Of a stretch of 64,000 bases of DNA, positions 12,566 to 25,307 are shown one piece after another. The first letter of the stretch is position 1. Every line of letters starts with the position of its first letter. Under the pieces are notes generated by a model. That model made no database searches. It worked only from the letters and a program-made list of their open reading frames with translations, and was not told the origin of the DNA. A program made the translations under genes and the position numbers. Source of the DNA: an uncultured Acidobacteriota bacterium (lineage in GTDB: Bacteria > Acidobacteriota > Blastocatellia > RBC074); assembly GCA_963796275.1 (NCBI GenBank), contig CAWCKY010000004.1, forward strand, positions 1,056,001-1,120,000. The letters run 5' to 3'.

Positions 12566-15172
12566 TTAATGCGTCACCGCGGACTTTTGCGCCTTCGTGA
12601 AGACCATCTGGCCGCGCCCCTGATCGCCTCGCACGTCGATCGTATCGTTTGGCTTGATCTCCCCCGAAAGGAGTTTCATCGCAAGCGGATTCTGAATCAA
12701 ACTCTGAATCGCGCGTTTGAGCGGGCGCGCGCCGTATACGGGATCGAAGCCCTCCTGTGCCAGGAGCTCTTCGGCCGATGGATCGAGCACGAGGTTTATC
12801 TTGCGGTCTTCCAGCGTCCGCCTCAAAGTCTCAAGCTGGATCTTGATGATCTGCTTGAGCTGCTCCATCCCCAGCCGTTTGAAGATGATCACATCATCGA
12901 TGCGGTTGAGGAATTCGGGCTTGAACGAGGTGCGCAATTGTTCCATGACGCGGGAGCGCAGGACTTTCTCATCATCATCCCAATTCTGAATCTCACGCGA
13001 GCCGACGTTGGATGTCATGATGATAACCGTATTCTTGAAATCGACCGTGCGCCCTTTTCCATCGGTCAAACGCCCGTCATCCAAAATCTGAAGCAGTATG
13101 TTGAAAACATCCGGATGCGCCTTCTCTATCTCATCAAATAGCACGACGGCATAAGGCCGGCGGCGGACCGCCTCGGTCAGATAGCCGCCCTCTTCGTAAC
13201 CGATGTATCCGGGAGGCGCGCCGATCAAACGCGCGACCGAATGTTTCTCCATATATTCCGACATATCGAGCCGCACCATCGCGTGCTCGTCATCGAAGAG
13301 AAATTCGGCGAGCGCGCGGGCCGTCTCGGTCTTGCCGACACCGGTCGGCCCTAAAAAGATAAAAGAACCGATGGGCCGCTTGGGGTCCTGCAGCCCCGCG
13401 CGCGCGCGGCGAACAGCATTGGCGACGGCGATCAGGGCGTCGTTCTGTCCGACGACTCGCATGCCCAGCCCCTCTTCCATCCTGACGAGTTTCTCCATCT
13501 CACCCTCGAGCATCTTCGTGACCGGAATTCCCGTCCACTTCGCAACAACCTCGGCCACATCCTCTTCGGTGACCTCTTCTTTCAATGTCCTCCCAGCCTT
13601 TTGCAGTTCCCCGAGCCTCTCCTGATCGGCATCGAGTTGTTTCTGCAGCTCGGCCAATTTCCCGTAGCGGATCTCGGCGACCTTGCCGTAATCGCCCGCG
13701 CGCTCGAACTGTTCAGCCTGGAACTTGAGTTGCTCCGCCTGCTCTTTGATTGAGCGAATGGCTTCTATCACTTCTTTCTCCGATTGCCACTTCGCCTTCA
13801 TCGCTCCCGACTTCTCTCGCAGGTCGGCTATCTCTTTCTCGACTTTGGCCATGCGATCTCGAGAGACAGGATCGTCCTCGCGCATGAGAGCCTGACGCTC
13901 GATCTCGCGCTGGATTATCTCGCGCTCGACCACGTCGATCTCGGTGGGCAGACTGTCGATCTCTATGCGTAATCGCGAAGCGGCCTCGTCGATCAGGTCG
14001 ATCGCCTTATCGGGCAGGAAGCGGTCCGTAATGTATCGGTTCGAGAGCGTCGACGCCGCGACGATCGCCGCGTCTTTGATCCGCACGCCGTGGTGAGTCT
14101 CATACCTGTCCTTCAGGCCGCGCAGTATCGCAATCGTGTCTTCGACATTGGGCTCGCCGACATAGACCTGCTGGAACCGCCGCTCGAGGGCTTTGTCTTT
14201 CTCGATATATTTCTGGTATTCGTTCAGCGTAGTGGCGCCGACGCAACGCAGCTCTCCGCGGGCCAGGGCAGGTTTCAACATATTCGAGGCATCGACCGCG
14301 CCCTCCGCGTTGCCCGCGCCGACCAGCGTATGCAATTCGTCTATGAAGCAGACGATCTGCCCGTTCGATTTCTCGATCTCGCGGAGAAAAGCCTTGAGAC
14401 GTTCCTCAAATTCTCCACGATATTTGGCGCCGGCGAGCATCGCGCCGAGATCGAGCCCGACCAGCCGCTTGTGTTTCAAAGTCTCGGGGACATCGCCGGA
14501 AACGATGCGTTGCGCCAGCCCCTCCACTATCGCGGTCTTTCCCACACCCGGTTCTCCGATAAGGACCGGGTTGTTCTTCGTTCGGCGTGAAAGGACCTGA
14601 ATAGTGCGGCGTATCTCATCGTCGCGGCCGATGACCGGATCGAGTTTGCCCTGGCGAGCAAGCTCGGTCAGGTCGCGCGAATATTTGGACAGCGCCTGAT
14701 AGCTCTCTTCCGCATTCTGACTGGTGATCCGGGCGCCGGCGCGCATCGCCTCGATGGTTTTCATGAGAGCGTCGCGGTTGACGCCGTGCGAACGCAGGAT
14801 CCGGCCAGCCTCGCCGCTCTTCTCTTCGACGATCGCAAGCAGCAGATGCTCGCTCGAGATATATTCGTCCTTCAGTTTGTCTGCTTCTTTTTGTGCTTTG
14901 TTGAAGAGATCGGTGAGGCGCGGGCTGTAGTATCGCTGGCTGACGCCGCTGACCTGCGGAAATTTCTTGATCGCGGCCTGAACCTCAGTCAAAACCGTTT
15001 GCATATTGGCGCCGATCTTGCCGAGGATAGGGCGCGTTACTCCTTCGGTCTGCTCGAGGAGGGCGGCTAGCAAGTGCTCTGGCTCGACGTTCTGATGCTG
15101 CTGCGTTTCAGCCAGCGCAACCGCCGACTCGATCGCTTCCTGGGCTCTCAAAGTGAACTTGTCCAGTCTCAT
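12566..15172 (-). CDS. clpB: ATP-dependent disaggregase ClpB
   Basis: MRLDKFT start with AGGGAG-type RBS, two NBDs, long M-domain, KYRG and PPGYIGY pore loops, no IGF loop. Confidence 0.97.
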   Translation of the reverse strand: MRLDKFTLRAQEAIESAVALAETQQHQNVEPEHLLAALLEQTEGVTRPILGKIGANMQTVLTEVQAAIKKFPQVSGVSQRYYSPRLTDLFNKAQKEADKLKDEYISSEHLLLAIVEEKSGEAGRILRSHGVNRDALMKTIEAMRAGARITSQNAEESYQALSKYSRDLTELARQGKLDPVIGRDDEIRRTIQVLSRRTKNNPVLIGEPGVGKTAIVEGLAQRIVSGDVPETLKHKRLVGLDLGAMLAGAKYRGEFEERLKAFLREIEKSNGQIVCFIDELHTLVGAGNAEGAVDASNMLKPALARGELRCVGATTLNEYQKYIEKDKALERRFQQVYVGEPNVEDTIAILRGLKDRYETHHGVRIKDAAIVAASTLSNRYITDRFLPDKAIDLIDEAASRLRIEIDSLPTEIDVVEREIIQREIERQALMREDDPVSRDRMAKVEKEIADLREKSGAMKAKWQSEKEVIEAIRSIKEQAEQLKFQAEQFERAGDYGKVAEIRYGKLAELQKQLDADQERLGELQKAGRTLKEEVTEEDVAEVVAKWTGIPVTKMLEGEMEKLVRMEEGLGMRVVGQNDALIAVANAVRRARAGLQDPKRPIGSFIFLGPTGVGKTETARALAEFLFDDEHAMVRLDMSEYMEKHSVARLIGAPPGYIGYEEGGYLTEAVRRRPYAVVLFDEIEKAHPDVFNILLQILDDGRLTDGKGRTVDFKNTVIIMTSNVGSREIQNWDDDEKVLRSRVMEQLRTSFKPEFLNRIDDVIIFKRLGMEQLKQIIKIQLETLRRTLEDRKINLVLDPSAEELLAQEGFDPVYGARPLKRAIQSLIQNPLAMKLLSGEIKPNDTIDVRGDQGRGQMVFTKAQKSAVTH

Positions 15173-15310
15173 AGCGCTCCCCTTCCTTGATTCCCTCCGG
15201 AGCGCGTCCATACTCCGGCTGCCTCAGTTATTGACGTGGACGCTCGTACATCGCTCGCGAAACTTTGCGAAGGTCTCACGCATTTCGCCTGAGCTACATG
15301 AAACCGCTGA

Positions 15311-15377
15311 GGCAACCGCGAATAAATGAAATAACGAAGAAAGAAATCTTCGCCTGCTTCGTTTCTTCGCGGTTACC
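15311..15377. repeat. 9-mer-type inverted repeat element
   Basis: GGCAACCGCGAA...ACGAAG / CTTCGTTTCTTCGCGGTTACC; relative at about 11575-11625. Confidence 0.55.
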
Positions 15378-15444
15378 GTTCATCGCTTAATAGAAATCTG
15401 TAATGAATAAACGACTCCCCCCCTATTTTGGAGGAAATTATCAA

Positions 15445-15927
15445 TTATTTAGACTCGGCCGCCTTCGCCTTACCCGCATCGTTTACCGTAACGTGGATAT
15501 GCCGAGCCTTGACCTCTTCCCGCTTCGGCAGAGTCACCCGCAAAACTCCATCCTTGAACTCGGCGTTGACCTCTTCCACATTGACGGTTGAAGGCAACGT
15601 GAAGTTGCGTGTGAATGAACCGTAGCTGCGCTCGACGCGATGAAAATTCTCACCCTTCTCGTCCTTCTCGAACTTACGCTCGCCGCTTAAGGTGAGTTTA
15701 TAATTCTCAATCGATAGCTTGAAATCCTCCGGTTTTATCCCCGGCAAATCTGCTTCGAGAACAATCGAGTTTTGATCCTCATATATATCAACGCTCGGAG
15801 CCCATGTTCCGCTCAACACCTCCTCGCCATTAAATAACCGCGGCCAGTTCGTGCTAAATAAACGACTGAAATCTTCCTGCAAACCACGTAACTCGCTGAA
15901 TGGATCGCGCCTTACTAACCTTGACAT
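15445..15927 (-). CDS. Small heat shock protein Hsp20/alpha-crystallin family
   Basis: WAPSVDIYE, ERSYGSFTRNFTLP, DGVLRVTLPK; AGGAGG RBS. Confidence 0.96.
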   Translation of the reverse strand: MSRLVRRDPFSELRGLQEDFSRLFSTNWPRLFNGEEVLSGTWAPSVDIYEDQNSIVLEADLPGIKPEDFKLSIENYKLTLSGERKFEKDEKGENFHRVERSYGSFTRNFTLPSTVNVEEVNAEFKDGVLRVTLPKREEVKARHIHVTVNDAGKAKAAESK

Positions 15928-15972
15928 TATGTTTCCTCCTAATCTTCTGATTATTTAAACCAGCTCTTATTG

Positions 15973-16027
15973 CTTACTCAACATTGAGCACTTACTCAAT
16001 ATAAAAGTTGAGTGTCATCCTGTCAAG
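15973..16027 (-). promoter_or_regulatory. sigma70 promoter with overlapping HAIR (HspR)-like operator
   Basis: TTGACA (16026-16021)-17 nt-TATATT (16003-15998); GTTGAGT-N7-TGTCAAG (16007-16027) vs HAIR CTTGAGT-N7-ACTCAAG; extra TTGAG/CTCAA half sites at 15973-16000. Confidence 0.7.
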
Positions 16028-16195
16028 AAGGTTGTAGAAAAATATTCAGATATTAGCCAAGACAGGGCATCGCATGTAACAATAAGCATTTACAAGACTT
16101 AGATGAAATCGGCTAAAAAGGTGGAGAAAGGAGCGAGGGGTTGGATGGGTATGACCGGGCTATGGTTTCTTTCCTATAGCCCGGTCTGACGTTCG

Positions 16196-18385
16196 TTATC
16201 TGGGTTTAATAGTCGCCTGAGCGTTTCCGATATTCGCGCTGGAGTCAAACACTCGGAAGGCCAGGAGATGCGGCCTGGCATCGGAGACTCGCATTGTGAC
16301 ACGGAATTCCTCACGCCTGGAATCGGCGATTCCGTCGACCGGAAATATAGATTTCCAATCACCGCCGTCAATCTGATATTCAGCGCGACGGATAATTGAA
16401 GTCGTGTCGGCCGCGCGGAAAATGACCTCGACCTGGTTCGATGTAATCTTGGGGGCATCCGCCGTGACGCTCGGTGGCGTATTGTCGATCTCCACCGGCT
16501 CCGTCTCACGCTCGCCTGTGAGCGCCAGGTCCGCCGGGTTCGATATGGCATCTGTCGCTAGCACTTTAAAGACGTAGCGCCCATCGGGCAGCGCATTGGG
16601 TTCGACCGTGTAATAGGTCTCCCTCAATCCCGTCTTCAACGGATAAAATTCTCCATCCGCCGCATTCCTGTAAAAGACTGAATACTCGATGGCGTCTCCA
16701 TTGCGGTCTTCGCCCTGCCAATCCAGAGAAACCGCGCCGCGTTGAAACCCGCGACGAGGCGGTATTTGCATGGTATTGCTGGCGGCACCGGTATCGGATG
16801 ACGGCAGATCCGAGTCGTTTTGAGACTGCCCCATCAACGCCGGCTGAAGCGTCACTCCGATGGGAAGCACGTTAAGCGCGGTGATCTTGGGCGCCAGATT
16901 GCGCGGCAGATATGAGACAGTCACCTCTCTCAGTCGCGGCGAAGAACCGGGCGCTCCGCGCTTCAGTGTAGCGCGCCATTGAAGATACCGGGCAGGCGGG
17001 CTTTTGATACCATTACCTTCGGACAGAGATACTGACGATGACCAATCGCTCCAGGTCGAGTCGGGATTGGTGGTATTCCCGCTGCGAGTCTGTAATTCGA
17101 TCGCCCCTTCTCCAACCCACGAAATACGGCCCCAGTTGGCGGTCGAATTAGCGTCGCGCACCGAAGAAGTATATGTCCCGTTGACGCCGCTCTCACTGCT
17201 CAAGCGGAAGAGCTTCCCCAGATTCGATGCGGCCGCGTAAACCTGACTCCCCACCCTGACAAAACGCGCCGTCTGCGCCTCTGAAGACTGCGTCAGTAGC
17301 AGAGGATTTTGCGAAGGTTTTATGCTGTAGATCCGGCCTTTCTGACCGGTACCGACCAACACTTCTCCGCTATTGTCCACGGTTATCGCGAATGCTATCG
17401 TTTCGCGCGAATCCCAGATTGCATCGCCCGCGCCGCCCGCATCGATCTTGTAAAGGGCGCTTTTCGGCTGATTGCCGCTGGCCGCCGTCGTTGAAGAAAT
17501 GGCGCCGCTCGATGATCCATCAACCACCTGAATGTCGCTGATCGTTATTGTTATCCCTTCATCGGCGCTGATCGTATTCGATGCCGAAGGTGTCGGCGTC
17601 TTGGAGCTAGAGTTCACCGCCCCGCCTTCGGCAGATTCCGCCAGCGTCAGCGCATAAATCTCCCCATCTTTCCCAACCGCCAGGTCGCGCACTTCTTTCA
17701 GCGAAGAATCGAAGAGCGTGAACGCTCGACCATCCGGCGAAATTCGCAGAATCAAGCCTCCGGGGTCAGTGCCCGCGATAACATTGCCGATCGAATCGAC
17801 CCGCAAAGCGGTTATATTGGTCTGCGTGGTCTTCACCAGTGCGTTCCCGCTGCCATCTGGATTGACTCGATAGATCGTGCCTTTATCTCCGGTGCCCACC
17901 AGCAGGCGCCCCCGCTGATCGAATGCCAGCGACCAGATGTATTTGGTCTTCGGTTCGAAAAAGACTTTCGTCTCCCCGCCGGGCGCTATTCGGTAGACTT
18001 TGCCGTCGGGCGACGTCCCGGCGTATAGATTGCCCTGATCGTCGACTGCCAACGCCATTACCGAAAGTTCCGTTGTCTTATAGAGAAGCGTCCCCCTGCC
18101 TTCAGGATCTACCTTGTAGATGCGGCCTTCGTTTCCGGTTCCCAAATAAATGTTGCCCGCATTGTCGGCGGCGGTCGACCAGATGTAAGCCTGTTTGGTA
18201 TCGAAGACCTCGAGGAGCGACGGCGCCAGGGTAATCGTTCCGTTATCGGCGATCGATACGCCGCGCGCATCGCCTTTCTCAATCTCGGCGCGCGTATTGA
18301 CTCGCCAGAAAATGGGCCCGCTCGCAGTCGCCGAGATTATTCCAAATGTAATGATGAAAAGTGAAAGAAGGAAAATACTACGCAT
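16196..18385 (-). CDS. Exported beta-propeller protein with C-terminal beta-sandwich/FN3-like domains
   Basis: Signal peptide from MRSIFLL; repeated GNxYxGTG..GxxYxV blades; low-complexity Ser/Thr linkers; DNTPP Ig-like end. Confidence 0.8.
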   Translation of the reverse strand: MRSIFLLSLFIITFGIISATASGPIFWRVNTRAEIEKGDARGVSIADNGTITLAPSLLEVFDTKQAYIWSTAADNAGNIYLGTGNEGRIYKVDPEGRGTLLYKTTELSVMALAVDDQGNLYAGTSPDGKVYRIAPGGETKVFFEPKTKYIWSLAFDQRGRLLVGTGDKGTIYRVNPDGSGNALVKTTQTNITALRVDSIGNVIAGTDPGGLILRISPDGRAFTLFDSSLKEVRDLAVGKDGEIYALTLAESAEGGAVNSSSKTPTPSASNTISADEGITITISDIQVVDGSSSGAISSTTAASGNQPKSALYKIDAGGAGDAIWDSRETIAFAITVDNSGEVLVGTGQKGRIYSIKPSQNPLLLTQSSEAQTARFVRVGSQVYAAASNLGKLFRLSSESGVNGTYTSSVRDANSTANWGRISWVGEGAIELQTRSGNTTNPDSTWSDWSSSVSLSEGNGIKSPPARYLQWRATLKRGAPGSSPRLREVTVSYLPRNLAPKITALNVLPIGVTLQPALMGQSQNDSDLPSSDTGAASNTMQIPPRRGFQRGAVSLDWQGEDRNGDAIEYSVFYRNAADGEFYPLKTGLRETYYTVEPNALPDGRYVFKVLATDAISNPADLALTGERETEPVEIDNTPPSVTADAPKITSNQVEVIFRAADTTSIIRRAEYQIDGGDWKSIFPVDGIADSRREEFRVTMRVSDARPHLLAFRVFDSSANIGNAQATIKPR

Positions 18386-18408
18386 GGTGATTAACAAGAG
18401 AGAAAAGA

Positions 18409-18505
18409 ATTGATAGTTGATAGTTGAGAGTTGATAGTTCGTATCGATTGATGCCACAGTCTCTACAAACTATCAACTTTCAACTATCAATTATCAACTA
18501 TCATT
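18409..18505. repeat. Inverted heptamer array (TTGATAG)n...(CTATCAA)n
   Basis: About 4-5 units per arm around a ~28-nt spacer. Confidence 0.85.
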
Positions 18506-18513
18506 GATTAGTC

Positions 18514-20400
18514 CTATTGATTGACGACATTGACGGTCAACGTCCGTTGCCCGGAAATGACGAATTCTGCCGGTGGAAGTTCTTTTTCAAAAATGGTAGA
18601 CGAGCGCGTCAAAGTATATCCGCCCGCTGTGCGATCGGAACCGAGCGTGGCCAGAACCGAGGGCGGCAAGCCGGGCATCTCCTCGTTTTTAATGACGGCG
18701 CCGCTTTCTGATCGCGCTAAACGCACATACAACCGGTCGAATTTGCGGAGGCGGTTAATCTCGCGCACCAGTTGATCGAGAGATTTCGGCGTGAATCCGG
18801 TACGCGATTCGGCGGCTTGAAGTGCCCTGCCGTCGCTGACTACGATCTGCAGAGGACCGAGCGGCGCATCATCGGGTATTTCAACCTCCGTCCGTTCGAC
18901 GAATTCATCCCCATCATCGGTACGCGCGAATGCCTGAATCTCCACCTTTTCTCCGCGCCTGACGTCCGTCCGGTTAATCCATAAGCGATCGAGCTGCCCC
19001 GTACTGAGAGCATCGCGTGAGGTGATGTCATAGGTGAGTTTTTCGAACTGCAGGTTCTTGAATCCGCTGTTGAACAACGTGCTGACCGGCTGCGAGACCG
19101 CAAAGGCGGCTGCCAGGGGCGCATTGAGCGAAACCGAGAGACGATTCTCGAGGTTTATCTCCTGCTGGTTTTTGAGCTTGATCCTTCCGCGCATCTCCAA
19201 AGTCGAATCGCCGACCGCTCGCTCGGTCGTCGTGATCGTCGAGAGTACCGTCATCTGCAAGATGATCGGCGTCAGGAAACGATCGACGACTACTTCAAAA
19301 TTATATGTTTGATTGTTGCCGCGGCTCGTCTTCAGGTTGATCTCCACCGGGATAATGCGCGGAGCGACGCCCAGTTCGCCGAAAATGCCCGTCGAACGAT
19401 CGCCACGCATCGTACCGACCATCGCCGTCGGGTAAGAGACCTTGAATGAACTCGCCGCCGATGACATGACGGTGACGACTTCTCCCTCGTGCATCGGGAA
19501 CTCCGAGACGCCGAGCTGTAGAAACGGATGCCCGAATGCATAGATGCGGTTTCCGTCGCGATAGGTGACGGTTCCGGCGGCCGCCAGTGAATAATCGCCG
19601 CGGACGAGCGGAACGACGACAGTCGATCCGGGCTTCAATGTGTCCGCATCGGCTTCCTTCAATTGCGTTATATCGGCTGCACCCGAAACGCCGGCGACCG
19701 GAGAAAATCCCCACGACTGGAAGAGAGGAGCGAAGCGCGCCACTACATCCGGGGCGACGCCCGTGATCGCCAGCGGCGTCGCAATAGGCATCAATATCTG
19801 TGCCCCCTGCGGAGCTGCAACTGCCTGTGCCCCGTGCGGTCCCGATCCGTTTATGTTTTTGATAAATTCGGTGAATTCGCGCGAATTTTCATTGAATGCT
19901 ATCTCCGAGAACGAGACCGAGCGCGGCTGCTCGAGTTGAGGGTCTTTTTGTTCAGGTACTTGTTTCTGCTCGAATACATCGATCATATGTTGGATCGGCG
20001 TGATCCCGGCGATCGGCTCTTTGGCGAAGTTATATCCGAAGGCGATGGCGCCCAGCAATTTGCCGTCAATATATACCGGCGAACCGCTCATCCCCTGAAA
20101 GACGCCCGTATGCTGAAGCTCGTCACCCAATAATCTGGATAGGACCGCGCTCTGTTGGGGATTGGGAAAGCCTTTCAGCACGCCGAGTATCTCGAGCTCG
20201 AACGGCTTCGGCTCACTGCCCACAAAGACCGTGTAGCCAGTGGCCCTCATACCAGGCTTCACATTCGCTATGGGGAAAAACCTTTCTTTCGGTATATCTT
20301 TTATAGGTTGCTTCTCTTTTTCGACATTCTGTCCGGAAGCGGATAAAATTATCGCTATAAGAAGCGAGACAAGCAGCTTAAACTTCAGCAATCGCCTCAT
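18514..20400 (-). CDS. SpoIVB-type peptidase S55 domain protein, exported
   Basis: Signal peptide; catalytic-serine motif QGMSGSPVYIDGKLLGA; AFGHPF motif. Confidence 0.9.
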   Translation of the reverse strand: MRRLLKFKLLVSLLIAIILSASGQNVEKEKQPIKDIPKERFFPIANVKPGMRATGYTVFVGSEPKPFELEILGVLKGFPNPQQSAVLSRLLGDELQHTGVFQGMSGSPVYIDGKLLGAIAFGYNFAKEPIAGITPIQHMIDVFEQKQVPEQKDPQLEQPRSVSFSEIAFNENSREFTEFIKNINGSGPHGAQAVAAPQGAQILMPIATPLAITGVAPDVVARFAPLFQSWGFSPVAGVSGAADITQLKEADADTLKPGSTVVVPLVRGDYSLAAAGTVTYRDGNRIYAFGHPFLQLGVSEFPMHEGEVVTVMSSAASSFKVSYPTAMVGTMRGDRSTGIFGELGVAPRIIPVEINLKTSRGNNQTYNFEVVVDRFLTPIILQMTVLSTITTTERAVGDSTLEMRGRIKLKNQQEINLENRLSVSLNAPLAAAFAVSQPVSTLFNSGFKNLQFEKLTYDITSRDALSTGQLDRLWINRTDVRRGEKVEIQAFARTDDGDEFVERTEVEIPDDAPLGPLQIVVSDGRALQAAESRTGFTPKSLDQLVREINRLRKFDRLYVRLARSESGAVIKNEEMPGLPPSVLATLGSDRTAGGYTLTRSSTIFEKELPPAEFVISGQRTLTVNVVNQ

Positions 20401-20623
20401 CAGATCAGTACCTCAACAGTTGTAATTTTCTCGCTTACGAGATGCAATGCTAGAGCAATATAACACATTAAATCGACCTTTGCGGTCTAATCCAGTAATC
20501 CATTGTGAATTGTTTGGCGATAGACCCGGGCCGTCATGGATGGAAACAGTGCATTGAGAGACAGGGGACTAGGAGCTGACGGCTAATGAAAAACTTCAGA
20601 AAATATCCTGAACTTGGAATAAA

Positions 20624-21259
20624 ATGACAGATTTTCCCGTAACAAAATTCATGATCGCGGGCTTCATACAAGCGGGCGGGCGTAGTTCGCGTATGGGGAC
20701 AGATAAGGCATGGCTGGAGATAGAGAATCGACCGATGATCGAGAGAGTGCTCATAGAGACGAAGCCGATCGTCGATGATCTTTCGATTATCGTCAATGCA
20801 ACCAACCCTCATCTCGGCCGCTACCGGAGTCTGGCTGAGGAATACGATGCAAAAGTGATACTTGACCTGCACGACCACCGTGGTCCGCTCGGCGGAATCG
20901 GCACAGCACTGATCCACTGTGGGGATGCGCAATCCGCATTTATCCTGGCCTGCGACATGCCATTCATAACGACCGAGTTCATCGCCTTCCTCGTCGATCT
21001 TCATCAGCGTGAAGCAAATCAAGTCACCGTGCCGGTCGACCGGCAGGAACGATTACAGCCTCTGGCGGGTATTTATTCGACAGCTTGCCTCCCAATGGTC
21101 GAGCGGCTCTTAGATACAGATGAGCTGCGCGTGGATAGTCTTTGCCGACTTGCGAAAACACGGCGAGTCGCGTTTGCCGAGTTCTCAAACCTGGCAAATG
21201 CGGAGAGGCTTTTCATCAATATTAATTCGATGGAAGAGTACGGGGTAATCGAAAAGTGA
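20624..21259 (+). CDS. mobA: Molybdenum cofactor guanylyltransferase
   Basis: AGGRSSRMGTDKA, GPLGGI, ACDMPF, NINS. Confidence 0.92.
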   Translation: MTDFPVTKFMIAGFIQAGGRSSRMGTDKAWLEIENRPMIERVLIETKPIVDDLSIIVNATNPHLGRYRSLAEEYDAKVILDLHDHRGPLGGIGTALIHCGDAQSAFILACDMPFITTEFIAFLVDLHQREANQVTVPVDRQERLQPLAGIYSTACLPMVERLLDTDELRVDSLCRLAKTRRVAFAEFSNLANAERLFININSMEEYGVIEK

Positions 21260-21365
21260 CGATGTAACCCTAATAGACGCAGATATTTCCCTTGCGTCCT
21301 TGCTTAACGGCGATGACGACCCCACAATGTTGTAATCATCCGACTTCGAATTAACATTAACCCCC

Positions 21366-21394
21366 TTGCCCTCTCACCATTGCATCGCTAAGAT
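21366..21394 (+). promoter_or_regulatory. Putative sigma70 promoter for uvrA
   Basis: TTGCCC-17 nt-TAAGAT. Confidence 0.4.
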
Positions 21395-21439
21395 ATTAGT
21401 TTCATTCAACACAGTACCGTCTTTCTATAGCACACTCGT

Positions 21440-24288
<2,849 letters not shown>

Positions 24289-24526
24289 TAAGCCTTTGAT
24301 TTCTAATCTCGATGCAATAGCATTGAGTTATAACCCATCACATCGTCGCTAAGCACGAAGAAGGCGCACATTTAGTGCATGTATATTGTTAAATGACGAG
24401 GTTTCCGCAGCCCAACACGGGCTAGATTCTCAATCCCCCTTCGGGTTAAAGATTCGAATAACTATATTCTTAAATGCTATAGAATTGCGCCATTGATAAA
24501 CTGAAAAATGAAAGTGACTGTTCAGC

Positions 24527-25065
24527 CTCTTCGCCGAGTTAGCGGCGGCAGGCTCTTCGCCGAGTTAGCGGCGGCAACCTTTCGCCGAGTTAGCGGCGGC
24601 AGGCTCTTCGCCGAGTTAGCGGCGGCAACCTCTTCGCCGCGTTAGCGGCGGCAGGCTCTTCGCCGAGTTAGCGGCGGCAGGCTCTTCGCCGAGTTAGCGG
24701 CGGCAGGCTCTTCGCCGAGTTAGCGGCGGCAACCTTTCGCTGCGTTAGCGGCGGCAGGCTCTTCGCCGAGTTAGCGGCGGCAGGCTCTTCGCCGAGTTAG
24801 CGGCGGCAGGCTCTTCGCCGAGTTAGCGGCGGCAGGCTCTTCGCCGAGTTAGCGGCGGCAGGCTCTTCGCCGAGTTAGCGGCGGCAGGCTCTTCGCCGAG
24901 TTAGCGGCGGCAGGCTCTTCGCCGAGTTAGCGGCGGCAGGCTCTTCGCCGAGTTAGCGGCGGCAGGCTCTTCGCCGAGTTAGCGGCGGCAGGCTCTTCGC
25001 CGAGTTAGCGGCGGCAGGCTCTTCGCTGCGTTAGCGGCGGCAACCTTTCGCCGCGTTAGCGGCGG
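24527..25065. repeat. Tandem array of 26-bp unit CTCTTCGCCGAGTTAGCGGCGGCAGG (21 copies of the core, no spacers)
   Basis: Counted 21 TTAGCGGCGG cores; minor variants; the last copy is the left end of the adjacent REP doublet. Confidence 0.95.
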
Positions 25066-25226
25066 TTGATTGTAGCCGTGGGTTTTAACCCACGGAAGGC
25101 TTGAAGGATATTCCGCGTCGCGTTAGCGACGCCTGAATTCAAACGTCGCTGACGCGACGTGATAAAATCTACCGCCACCGTGGGTTAAAACCCACGGCTA
25201 CAATCAACCGCCGCTAACGCGGCGAA
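25047..25226. mobile_element. GTAG-REP doublet (REPIN/MITE-like), copy 1
   Basis: 49-bp perfect terminal IR (25047-25095 / 25178-25226) containing GTAG + CCGTGGG-TTTTAA-CCCACGG palindrome; near-identical inverted copy at about 57527-57727. Confidence 0.85.
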
Positions 25227-25307
25227 GCGGCTGAAGCAGTTAATTTCAGTTTTTTAGTTTTCAGCTGAGCTGTCTCGATCAGCAACTAAAAACTAAAAAC
25301 TAAAAAA

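Noticed and set aside
18386-18457. N-terminal extension MASIDTNYQLSTINYQ of the beta-propeller ORF
   Set aside because: It is a translation of the heptamer repeat; the signal peptide starts at MRSIFLL
21260-21439. LexA/SOS box upstream of uvrA
   Set aside because: No convincing palindrome or GTTC-N7-GTTC-type repeat found by eye
24527-25065. CRISPR array
   Set aside because: Units are contiguous with no unique spacers, no cas genes are present, and the unit derives from the adjacent REP end
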